Shown here piece after piece: positions 15,001 to 27,000 of a DNA stretch of 64,000 nt. The notes beneath the pieces are model-generated. The model ran no database searches and was not told the DNA's origin. It saw only the letters and a list, made by a program, of their open reading frames with translations. The DNA comes from Monocercomonoides exilis PA203 (taxonomy: Eukaryota; Protista; Preaxostyla), in assembly GCA_001643675.2 (NCBI GenBank), contig LSRY02000036.1, forward strand, positions 558,001 through 622,000. Direction: 5' to 3'. The first letter of the stretch is position 1. Each line of letters starts with the position of its first letter. The translations under genes and the position numbers were made by a program.

Positions 15001-18000
15001 CAGCTTCTTCATCATCTTCTACATCAGCCTCATCTCCATCACGGCAGAAGTCTTCTAACGTGCTTTTAGAAATCGCCCACCACACGAACACTGTTGTCAC
15101 TCCGCTCCAGATCATACTGATTATCATGTGCCATCCGCTTTTCCCGCTGGATGTCCACATCGCAGCTGGGCGCATTTTTGCTCGCGTTGCAGCTGTTTCA
15201 GCGAGCGTCCGGTCAGCCATTCTGTCGTCGTGCTCGGAGGACACAAAGGAAGTGCTGAGAGATCCAGTGGCGGAAGCAAGGGATGCAAAAGCAGAGAGTG
15301 AAAAGGAGAAGGAAAAGGATGCAGCAGAAAAAGCCAAAGAAGATAAACAAGCTGAGTTGCCAGAAGGCATCAAAGAAAAGAGAGAGTTTGTGCAAATTCG
15401 ACGTTTTGGGCTGTTCCGAGTGCTGATGGAAGTTGGGATGGTCTGGACAGAAGACGACGATGTGCTGAATTGCATCTCTTCTGATTCTGATTATCTGCCC
15501 AGCGAGGAAGAGGCAGATGTGTCTGAAGACGTATTTCTGAATGAAGTGGAGAGGTTTGTGCAGAAATACGATGCAACAGAAGGAAAAACACTGGATGCAT
15601 CGGATGCTTCAGTTGCTCCTCTTGTTCTTTCTCATTCTTTTTCTGGTGGTTTGGTTCAATCTCCTTCGACGCAATCAGAAAAAAGCATTGAGACTTTTCA
15701 ATCTTCTGGTTTGTACTCTGCTTTATTGAATGGCCAGCCTTCTCCTTTTTCTGCATCTTCGTCTATTTACGAATCATCTTCCATTCTTTCTGTGCCTTCT
15801 TTTGGAGAAAAGCACCCACAAAACGAACTTTTCGATCAAAAGAATGAAGAAAGTGAAGCAAATGTCGCTGGAGCAGACAAAGAAAAAGAAGCACAAAAAG
15901 ACGTTTTGCAAACACCTCTTTCGAAGCGTCGTGATTCTCAACCGATTGTGACATCACACAAAAGGCAGCTGTCCACTCTATCACAAAAGACGATTCCAAA
16001 CAGAGTGAATTATCCAAAGATGCAAAGTGGATCAAACAAGAGCGCAGCATATGATGATACAAATCTGATACTCAGAAAGGGAACAGAAGACAATCTGGAT
16101 GGAGAAGCTGTACTCAAAAGGATGATTTTGACAGGATCAACAACATATTTGCAGCCGATCCTACAGAAATTACAATCAGGTTCTGATTCTTCCTCTGCGT
16201 CTTCTTCAGCTTCTTCTTCACCTTCTGGCTTACTAGTTCCAATTGACACGTTACTCGGCTATTCGTCTGCTTCTTCCCTCACCCCGTCTCATGAAGAGTT
16301 TTCTTCGCTCTTCTCTTCCTTCTACACGATGGTTGTTCTGTCATCAATGGAGAGGAATGCTGTGATGGACGAGTACACCTGGTGGAGTGCAGACGACGCC
16401 ACACCAAAATTCAACACTGTTCTCAACAAAACTGTCCAAAGAAACGAACTCGGAGCGATCAGCCAAGCGACTCAAAGCATGACATCTTTGTTACAAAGAC
16501 GCGGCTCTTCTACTCTTTCTGCCTCGCCTGCATCTGCACAATCGTCTGCTGCTTTGAATTCATCAGCTGTATCTCTTTCACCAAATGCTCCGTTTTATGA
16601 GCTGAATTCTCCTGTTCAGCGAAACGCTGGAAACAGACATGACAACAATGATAGCAATGAAGAAGTGAAATTGTTCCCTTATTCATCCTCTTTCTCCCCT
16701 TCTTTTGATTTTAAATCGCTCGAAACACCAACAAACACACTGGACAGCTCTCAAATTAACTCCCCAATTTATCCAAAGGCAGTTTCTGTCGAGTCAAATT
16801 CTGTTGATTTGAAGGCATTTCAGTCAAGCTCATCTCTCACTCCTTTGCTTTCGTCTTCTTTAGATGATCTTTCTTTGCCTTCTTCCCATCTCAGCTTTTG
16901 TGCGCCGTCACCAAAAACACATTCTGAACCGTTGGCACATCAGTGCAACGGTCCTCTTATTCCTTTTGCTCGGCATCTTCTGCAGATCCGGTCGATTGAA
17001 GAAGCGAAAGACCGATTTGAGAAAATGCGAAGCTCTCTTTTTGCCTTCTTTCCAATCAGACGGTTTCAGAGGAACAACACACGGCTGATGCAGCTGAGAG
17101 GGCTGAGCGAGATTTATGAGATGCAAAAAAAGATGGAAAGAAGCAGAGAAAGAGCAAACTGGATGCGGAGCGAAAAGAAAAGGCGAAAAGAATTAGAGCT
17201 GCTGAAAATGATGGAAAAGAAGGAGGAGAAGAAGAACGCCAAAGAGAACGGAATGCGCTTGCTGCAAATCGACACAAATGCTGATGTGTTCTTCGAGTCT
17301 GCTGAGGGTGGACGTGTATATCCAGATGCCTCTCTTTTGCCATTGCCTTCTCCATCTTCTTCTCCATCGCCCTCACCCTCACCCTCGCCTTCGCCTTCGC
17401 CTTCTTCTTCGACTTCTCAGCTGACAGAACTACACTCACAGCAGATGCCACAGAGAGGAATGAATCAGAGTTCAACAACAGTTTTGCCTGTTTTGCTGTT
17501 AAATCAGTCTTCTTCTTCTGTTTTCAGCTCTTCTTTCAGCACACCACAAACGCCGCAAACTCCTCAGGCAGCTCAAATGCAACAAGCATCTGCAACTCCT
17601 TTGCCTCCTCTTTCGATTTCTGCTTCATCGTCCATCCTATCGACACCAGAAATAAATGCAACTCATGGATTGTCTCATTCTGCATCGCAAGCTTCTAATT
17701 CTCTCTCTGTCTCAGTTCTTCCTTCTTCTTCTTCCTCTTTGTCATCATCTTCTTCTCTTCCACTACATGTCAATCTTCCTGAGCCATGTGGAGTATCATT
17801 CAATCGGGATCAATCTTCTCTTTCATCTTCTTCTGATTCTTCTTCTTCCCAATCATCTCTATCATCCTCTTCCTCTTCCTCATCGTTTTCTTCTTCTTCC
17901 TTTTCCTTTTCGTCCTCAACTTCCTCTTCTCGTTCCAATCGCAGCCGCAATCAGTCTTCTAACAGCTGGCATTACTTGCCCATCCAGGAGCCCTCGCAAA

Positions 18001-21000
18001 TGCCCATTGAGATTTCGTCGTTGCCTTCTGTTGATCTGAAAGATGTCTCGTTGAACATCAAACTGAACTCGATGCTGTCTCCACTGACAACTCTGTCTGC
18101 CACACAGATGGCGTCTGTGCTGCCTCCTTCATTCACTCAGATTGTCAACATCACAAACAACTCTCAAGCGCAAGCACAGTCTCAACAGCAAATGATTCAA
18201 CAGCAGCAGAATCAGAATCAGGTTCCTGAGGGCTTCAATCAGAATTCATCGAATGTCACTTCTTCCTCTTCTGCTGCTGCTGCCAACAATTCGAATGTGT
18301 CAACTTCTGCTTCTTCGGCCAATTCTACCCAACAAACAAATGAAGAATCTTCTTCTTCTTCTTCTTCTTCCAATTCTCGCTCGTCTTCCTCTTCTTCTGC
18401 ATTGTCCTCGCCGTCTGGTTTGGCCTACTTCAACTCCACTCCCCTCACCCCAGCCAATCTCTCAATCACCTCTCTCATTTCCTCTCAGCTCTACAACCGC
18501 GCTAGCTATCGCCGCTACACTCTTTCTTCGTATTCGCACTCCATCAACCGCTTCTTCACTGCTGCCTGCCGCAATTTCCCGCTTTATCAGTCTTCTCTTC
18601 TCTCTTCGGGCTACCTCTTCCTCCCGTGGGACGCTTACAGCTCGGGGCTGAGATTGATACCGTCTTGTTCTTCCTCGTCATCTGCATCGGCTTCTTCTTC
18701 CTCTTCTTCTACTTCCAATTCTTCATCATCTGGCTCATATCAATCATCATTGTCATCATATTCTACGCCTTCCTCCTCATTGTATAACCATCCATATCTC
18801 ATTCATCCGCATTTGATCTCAGCAGCTGCATCGTCGATTTCTCCTTCGGTTGTTCGGAAGAACATCATGTTCTTCTTCAAGCACCACGCAAACAGACTCA
18901 TCGAAGACTCGGCTGTTAATGGAAAGCCATTTGGATCTGCTGTCACCTCAATATACCAAAATGCACTTGCTCAGAATAACAATGAAGATCTTGTGCATTC
19001 ATTTCTGTCGCATGCTTCTTCATCTTCGAAATATTCTCCCGTTCTTCCATCAAATCAGAACAGTTCTTCCATTTCTTCTTCTCTTTCTTCTTTTTCTTCC
19101 TCTTCATCTTCCTCTTCCTCTTCATCTTCCTCTTCCTCTTCCTCTTCCTCTTCCTCTTCCTCTTCCTCTTCCTCTTCCTCTTCCTCTTCCTCTTCATCTT
19201 CATCTTCCACCCAATCCTCATCTTCGATCTCCTCCTCGGCAAAAGTGTTTTCAACTCCCCAGTCTCTTCTCCCGACACTCATCCATCCGATGCAGAGCAA
19301 CATCCACTGCCTGCATTTGGCTGCCTCTCTCGTTCTTCTCGAAGAGCTCTGCCGAAACAACTCAGCTGGCCACGCTGACATCATCGGCGACATCGACAGG
19401 GTGGATGCGCTGAACGACGAAGCAGAGACGAATGGCGTGAATTTGCAGAAGACAATCACAAAAACACGCAAATTGATGGCAAAACTGCCGAGTGTAACAA
19501 CATCTTCAGCAATAAATGCTGCTAATTCTGCCTTGTCTTCTTCCTTCACTTCTTCATCGCTGCCGACTTCTGCTGCCTCGCCGATGCATTCTCCGACACC
19601 TTCTCTTTCTCCGATGGTTCCTCCTTCTCAATCAGCTGCGTCTCAGTACCACTCTGCTCTTTTCCCTCTTTCTTCTTCCATCCTCTCCAACTTCACAGCT
19701 GCCAACGCCACTCCCACTTCTTCCTCTCTCTCCTTCACTGACTGCCTTCTGCTCTGCCTCCACTCGCCCGATCCTCTCATCCTCCATCCTGCTTTGTCTG
19801 CCCTTTCTCTTCTCTTTGCCTCGTATCCTTATCACATGAGACATGTTGTGGTGAATCCGTTCTTTGCTTCAGCGCTGGTTGGCATTCTGAGAAGATATGT
19901 TGTAGATGCAGTGGGGACAGATGAGTGGGCAGAGCTGAGGAGCTTGAAGGAAAAGAGACACGATGAGAAGAGGAGGAACAGAACGAAGAAACACGGCAAG
20001 ACAGCTGAGAGAAGCGAAAGAGAAGAAGAAGAAGAAGATGATGATGATGGTGAAGATGCAACGAATGAGCTTAAATCAGACAAAGAAGAGCAGCAAAAGA
20101 CACAATACCACGAAATGTATTCAGAAAAGCAGAAATTTGCAAACAAACATGCACATTCGTCAACATTGCCAACACGATCTTCATCTCCTCTTTCATCTCC
20201 TCTTTCATCTTCCCAGACTGCATTTGTGTATGGCCACAGCTGGTGGTGCGGATGTAACCAGATTGTGCGAACTGTGCTGATCTGCATGTACTCTGCTATG
20301 ATTGTCGATGCAGGTGCGTTCTCTTCAGCACTTCTTGTCAATGCAGAAAGAGAAGAAGCTGAAAAGAAGGAAGATGAGAGAGAGAAAGAGGTCAAGAGAA
20401 TGTTTGAAGAAGAGAAAGAGAAAGAGAAAGCTGCAAATGAGAACGGTGACAGCGGAGCATTCGCTGCATCACCAAGAAAGCAAGACTCTGCAATGTTTTG
20501 TGGATCAATATTATTTCCTTCATCTCTGTCATCATCATCATCATCATTTTCTTCTTCTTCTCTTCCTCAGCTGACACAAGAGCAGGTGAATTCAATGAAT
20601 GAGCCACATTCATCTGCTGTTCTTCCGCTCATCCATCTCATTCTTCTTTCAGCTGGCTCCCCTGTCATTTCTTCCTCTGCCATGGATTTATCGCTCCGCA
20701 TTTGCTCTTTCCTTCTTCTTTGCACTTGTTTGAGACCTTCTCTTTCATCATCTCCATTTGACTATCTCTCAAAACCACCATCAAATCAACAATCGTCATC
20801 AATTTCAAAGCCTCTTCCTTTATCTTCTTATGTTTCTTCCTCTTCCTCTTCTGCCTCTTCTTCTTCTTCTTCTTCTTCTTCTCATCTCTTTCCTGTTCAG
20901 CCTGCTCCTCTTTTGTCACCAAATTTGCGAAGAGGATCCGCTCAGATATCATCTCCTGTATCACCCCAATCGTCATCTTCTTCCTCTTCCTCTTCTTCCT

Positions 21001-24000
21001 CTTCTCTTTCTTCCTCTCCTCAGTCTGTCACTTTTGCCATTCCCTCCAATTCTCCCTTCAGAAGTATTCAAACACCAGAAAAGCTGACTTCTCTTCCAAT
21101 CAGCTATGCATCTGCAGACCAGCCTTCTCGCAGTACGCACAGAACTGACTCAGACACAATGAATTTACCGCCAACAGTCGACTCCTCTTCTTTTGCACTC
21201 GTTGCCCCGCCTTCTGTCCCTCCCTCTGAAATCAACTATTCTGCTGCTGTGTCGCCACGTGATCCTTTCCCCTTGTCTTCTCCTGTCTCTTCTCCTTTGA
21301 CATCTTCATCTCCCTTCGGCTCACCTGACTTCTCGGTTTCTCCTTCTCCTTCTCCTTCATTCACTTCTGATTTTTACTCCCACTCGTCTTTTTCTTCTCC
21401 TTCTGCGTCTTCTGAAAAGCCTGTTCCATTGGCTTATGATGTTCAACAATCACCTCCTTATCATTCACTGGAATCTCTTTCACGTTCGCCAATTGCATCG
21501 CCAGTTACTCGCTCTCGCACTTCTTCTTCATCCTCTTCTTCTTCTTCTTTGTCTTCTTCTTCTTCGACTTCAATTTCTTCTTCTTCTTCTTTACTTCCTC
21601 CTCTTCTTTCGTTTATTCCATCTTCATTTGTCAGCCCGCTTCCTCTTCTCGCAGGTGAAATGCAACAAATATCTTCATTAATCGCCTTCATTCGCTCGTT
21701 GGCTTTCTCATCCTCAGGAAGAGTCAGAAAATCTGCTTCGAGTCTGCTTATTCTGCTGCTATTCTTGATGGACGAAGAGAAAGCAGAAGGGCAGATGAAG
21801 CAAGCAGCAACAAACATCAAGCAGGCACAGAAAAAGGAGTACAAATTGATGTCTCAGCAGTTGCAGATGCTGCAGCAGAGCCCAATGCAGCAAAAGAATT
21901 CCGCAACTATTTTCAGGCCAATCTCATCCACGTACGATTTGACAGAATCTGCTGAAGGAACAAATGAAGTGAAAGAAAGAGACACGAAAGAGAGGGCTTT
22001 TGAGGAGAAAGCAGTCAAGTGCCAGTTGAATGAAGCTGATGAGACTTCGAAACTGTCTTTGGGGAATGAGACAACAATTCTTGGAAAGATTGAGTCTCCG
22101 AAACAGAAGGAAGAAGAAGATGGTTATTGCACTGAAGATGGAAAGGATGTTAAAGATGATAGTAATGCCAAAGAATGCAGTGATAATGCAGCAGCCAAGG
22201 AGGATCAAGCGGAAAAAGTGATTCCAAAGGGAAGCGTTGTTTCTGAAGATAAGCTTCCTTTCTATCTGCATAGGCGACATCACTCACTGAGACATGCGAA
22301 GCATCGAAGATTGAAAGAAGATCAGACAAGGCTGCATTCTTCGTCTTCGCGCAAGTCGCATTCTGTCTCATCGAATTCAAGCAGATCGCATCTGATGTCC
22401 AAAAATGGATCGACTTCTCAATCTGATTACTCGGTGATGGACAGCAACACAATGTCACCCATTAAGCTCTCTCAAAATGCTCAGAATTCAGAAAACTCTG
22501 CCATTTTGAACAAAGACGAAGACGAAGAGCTGCTCTTGGATGAAGCAAAACCGGAACTGGCATCTTCTATTCTTCCTTCTGCTTCTGCTTCTTCATCTTC
22601 CTTATCAAATCCAGCCTCTCCCATTGCTTTGGCGCTGCCTTCGACTGCAATTGCACCTTCACACAGCCGCACGCCATCTTCTGCAACAACAGGAACAGTT
22701 GCTTTTCACTACAGAGTGAAAACGGTCATCTCCCCAACACCGTTTTATCCTCTTCTGACACAAATTCCATCGTTCTCATTTGCAAATGGAATCGATTTGC
22801 AGGCAATTTTGGATGTCTCGTTCTCTGGCAACTCGAAAGATAGTTCTGCTTCTTCTGATATTGTTGCTTCATCTCGGAGTAATTCAGGTGCCTTCCCTTC
22901 TGTTTCAACAACAGACTGCGAAAGTGAGCAGAAATGGATTGTGGAAATGAAGAAAAAAGCAGAAATGATCAGAAAGTGGAGGAAAGAGCGTATTCATGCA
23001 AAATCAGAAACAAAAGGTGTGGAGCTTGTTGTGGCTGGCGTGCTGCTTGCACTTGCAGACGATATTGAAAGAGAAAGAGAAGAGAGAATGCGATTTGCAA
23101 GATGCGTCTCTGAAGCATCCAAAAAGAGAGGTGAAGCCGAGAAAGCGAAGCAAATCAAAGCTCTGAAGCTCAAAGTGAAGAAGAAGAAGAAGAACATTAG
23201 CACATTGAAATCGATGTTTTCATCTTCTGTGATGATGCATTCTGAGTCATTGCACTCAGCAACTTCTGACAAGCACATCAGCAGCGTTGCATCAGATTCT
23301 GCATCGAACACGGATGAAGAGGAAGATCCAGAATCCTCTTCATCTTCATCACAGTCATCATCATCATCATCTTCTCCTTCTTCTTCAACTTCTTCTTCGT
23401 TAGCATCTGCAGCTGCTGCATCCACAAACCCTGATGTTATAACTTCGTCTTCTCTGATATTTCGAAACTCCTCTTCACTTTTCACAGTCCGTTTGCCCAG
23501 TCACATTCCATCCAATGAAATGACCTCTTGTGCATTGAGTGTGATGTCGAGGACAGAAGAAGGAGGAGTTCTGAAGTGGATTGGTGAGATGATGAGTGAG
23601 GCAGATGGAACAGACGCACTTAGAGCGGCAGCGTTGCGTGTGGGGATTCTGATGATTGAAGGCGATCGATTTATCGAGACACCAAGAAAGAGTACATTGC
23701 TTTATGAATGTTCTCCAAGCAACAGATACGGAATGCTGCAGAGCAGTCTGAGAAGCAGTAAAAGCAAAAAAGAAAGCTCGCATCACCTATCAGCGGCTTT
23801 TTCATTCTACAAAAGAGAGTATTTTGGCGGGACTTCTGTCTACGGCAAAGTTGAGCGGCTGTCTGCAATTGTGGAGAAAATGATTAGCAACACAACGCAG
23901 ATCATCCATCGTCCACCATATTTCAACCGATTCGCCCCGTCTGCTCTGCTATCTCCGATTCCAAAGAACGAGCAGCAAACAGCTTCTCGTGGCTCAGGTG

Positions 24001-27000
24001 CATCCGAAGCTCCGGTTCTTTATTCTTATCAGAGCGCTTTCCAACACTTTGCGCCTTTTGATCTTTTCGCAAAGGCATCGAACGGGTCTGTTTTACCGAA
24101 TCAGACAAATGTTGGATCAAAGAATTCAATCATCAATAACGCTCTTTCGCTTGTTTCGTCCAACAATATGCCAACAACGTTGTTTGTGTATGACACTCGT
24201 TCTGCAACTGACCCACCTCTTTCTCGTTCATTTGTCCCTTCTGCAACTTCTGCAGCATTCCAGTATCTTTCCCCATGTAGCGTAAATATAACAATGAATG
24301 CAAATGAAGGACAGCTATTTCTCCACTCTTACTTTGTGTATTTATGTCGTGGTGATTATTTGCGTTTCAGAACGAAAAAGTTCCTTCAGAACAGGTTTGC
24401 TTCCATTCTTTCATCATCACCGTCTTCTTGGATCATTCCATCAAAAATCAAGCAAACGATAACAAGAAGCATTGATGCGATTTTCGGAACACAAAAGAAA
24501 GCAAAAGACAACACAGGAGTTTCTTCGTCCGATGAACAGAACCGTTCAACAGCTACATCCGCATCGTCAACTTCACAATCTTCTCCCAACGGAGCAGCAG
24601 GAGCCGAAAATGGAAATGAGCCGAATGTATCAACAGACAAACCGAATTTGAGTCCAATGTCAATTTCTTCAACTTCAAGTGAAGCAGAACCGTCACTTCC
24701 GTTTTCGTACGAGATGATCGACACTTTGATGCTTGGTGCTGTTGGAGGTTTGTCTCGTCTTGTGCAGACGCAGCTGTCACTTAAGTGTGTGTCAGAGTCG
24801 TCGCTTCTGGCAAGACTCATTGAGATGGTTGGTGCTGGAGGAGGTGGGGATGTGAGCCTTGTTGTTCCGTTTTATTCAGAAGTGAATTGCAATAACGATC
24901 TTTTTGAGAAGAGGAGATTGACTGTTCCAAAAGAAATGGATGAAAACACGTCAGACTTAATTAACACCGAAATTCTAAAAGAAAAACCATCAAATACAAT
25001 TTCTAATGTTTCTTCACCGTCACATTCCCCTCCATCGCTTGCAATCACACCAATTCAAAGCACAGAAGAAACTGCTAAACCAATGGATGATCCTTTGGAG
25101 GAAAATCATGATGAAAAGTCAGCATTGGTTGATTCCGAAGCTGAAGGAACAGATAATAATATTATTTCATCGACGACTTCTCCAGGATCAAAAGAACAAG
25201 TGTCATTGAAGCCTTGTCCTTCATCGTCAAGTCCTCTATCATTACATTCATCGCTTGCATCAATTGCTGAAGATGAAGCCATTCTGATGAAAGCAAATGC
25301 GGAATGGAAGCTTGCGCAATCAGTCCTCGGTAGTGCATCAATACTTCTGTGTACATCGTTCTTTGGAGGCGGAGGACTGACTCGTGTTGAGATGATTGAA
25401 AGAGGTGCCTTGGAAAGTGGGTTGGCTTTGCTAGCACAGATTTTGAGAGAGTGGAGCTATCCGATGAAAGGCATTGGGGCAAAAGCGGCAAATGACAAGT
25501 GCAACAGAGACATTGGAAAGGAAAAAAGAATGGAAATAGAAATAAGAGCAATTCAAAAGCAGCCTGGAGAAGATGTTGAAAACGAGAATGAACTTATTTC
25601 AGGTACATACGCCAGCTTCAATTCCGAAGATAATTCACCTGTTGTTCAACCTTCAACTGTGAAAAATGCTTCAATGGCACCTTTCAATGGTGTTCCAGCT
25701 CATTATTCTCGAAAGATAACATTGAAAATGCCACTTTTCAGATGGATAAAAACATGCTATTCTTTTTCTCTTGCGTCAAAGATGCTTCTTTCATCTGTCA
25801 CTACAAAGTCTCCACTCAATAGATTTACGTCATACAGACAGTCGAGTTTGAGTACGCTGAAAGAAGCTCGCCTTTCAGAAACGTTGGAAGCAAATGCCTC
25901 TCGAGTGCATCCATTTATTACCAGAAGGAGCCTGTTTCAGGTTAGAGACGTTGTGCTTGTGCTGACAATGGTGTGGAATATCATGCAAGGGGAAGGAAAG
26001 CGTGGAATGCGTGTGTTTGTTATGGGAAATGGGCTGAGAATCCTTTCTGCAATTGTTGAGCAGGCTGAGTTTTTGAGTGATGAAGTGCTCAGACAAAAAG
26101 AATGGAGGAATGTGATTAGGAACAAAGAGAAAGATAGGAAAGCTTTGATGCATAAGCTCATTGCTCATTGGAAAAAGAATGGAATGAATGTTAAAGAGGA
26201 GATGCGGAAAATGAAGCGAAATGAAAATGAAGAGAGAATTAAAGAACAGGAGCAAAGCCAACTGTGGAATGAGATGTTTGAATCGGAATTGGAATGCTTG
26301 TTCATCGCAATGTGGATGATTGGAACTATTTTGGATGAATTTGTTGAATCCTCCATGTTTTTAACTGTCTTTGGAATCGCTTCGAAGTTGAAGCAATCTG
26401 TTCGCACTGCAATTAGTTTTGTTTCGCATTTAGTCACATGCTATCCATTGGCATTCTCTTCAAATTCTGCTTCAACTTCAGCTTCTTCTTCCTCTTCTTC
26501 CTCTTCAAGTACCTCATCTTCTTCGTCAATGTCATCGTCCTCATCTTCCTCTTCTCGCTCATCTCAAATATTTCCTGGAATTTCACTTCCTCCAGCTGCT
26601 CTCAGGCTCCCAACATCATGTCTATCTGCTGCTGTTCATTCTGTTACATCTTCTTGGCTTTCTCCGCGTCCTCCTCGAATGATTGCAGGATGTCGCAATG
26701 AGAAAAAGAACAGAGAATTTTTGATGCGACTTAATAAAGAATATTACAGAATAAACCGGGCAAAGAAGCAAAAAGAGAAAATGACAAAACTTATGTTTTC
26801 GGTAAATAGTTTCAAACGTAATGCTTCTGACACATCAGAAACAAATAAACAAAATGAAAGCAATACTTTCGGTATTGACAATGATGCTAACTATTATGAA
26901 AATTGCGAAGAAGTATTGATGGTTTGTGATTCTGACAGTGATTCTTGCAGTGAAAATGATGGTGAATTTGATGCTGATGGAAAGAAGAATGAGCAAGCAT

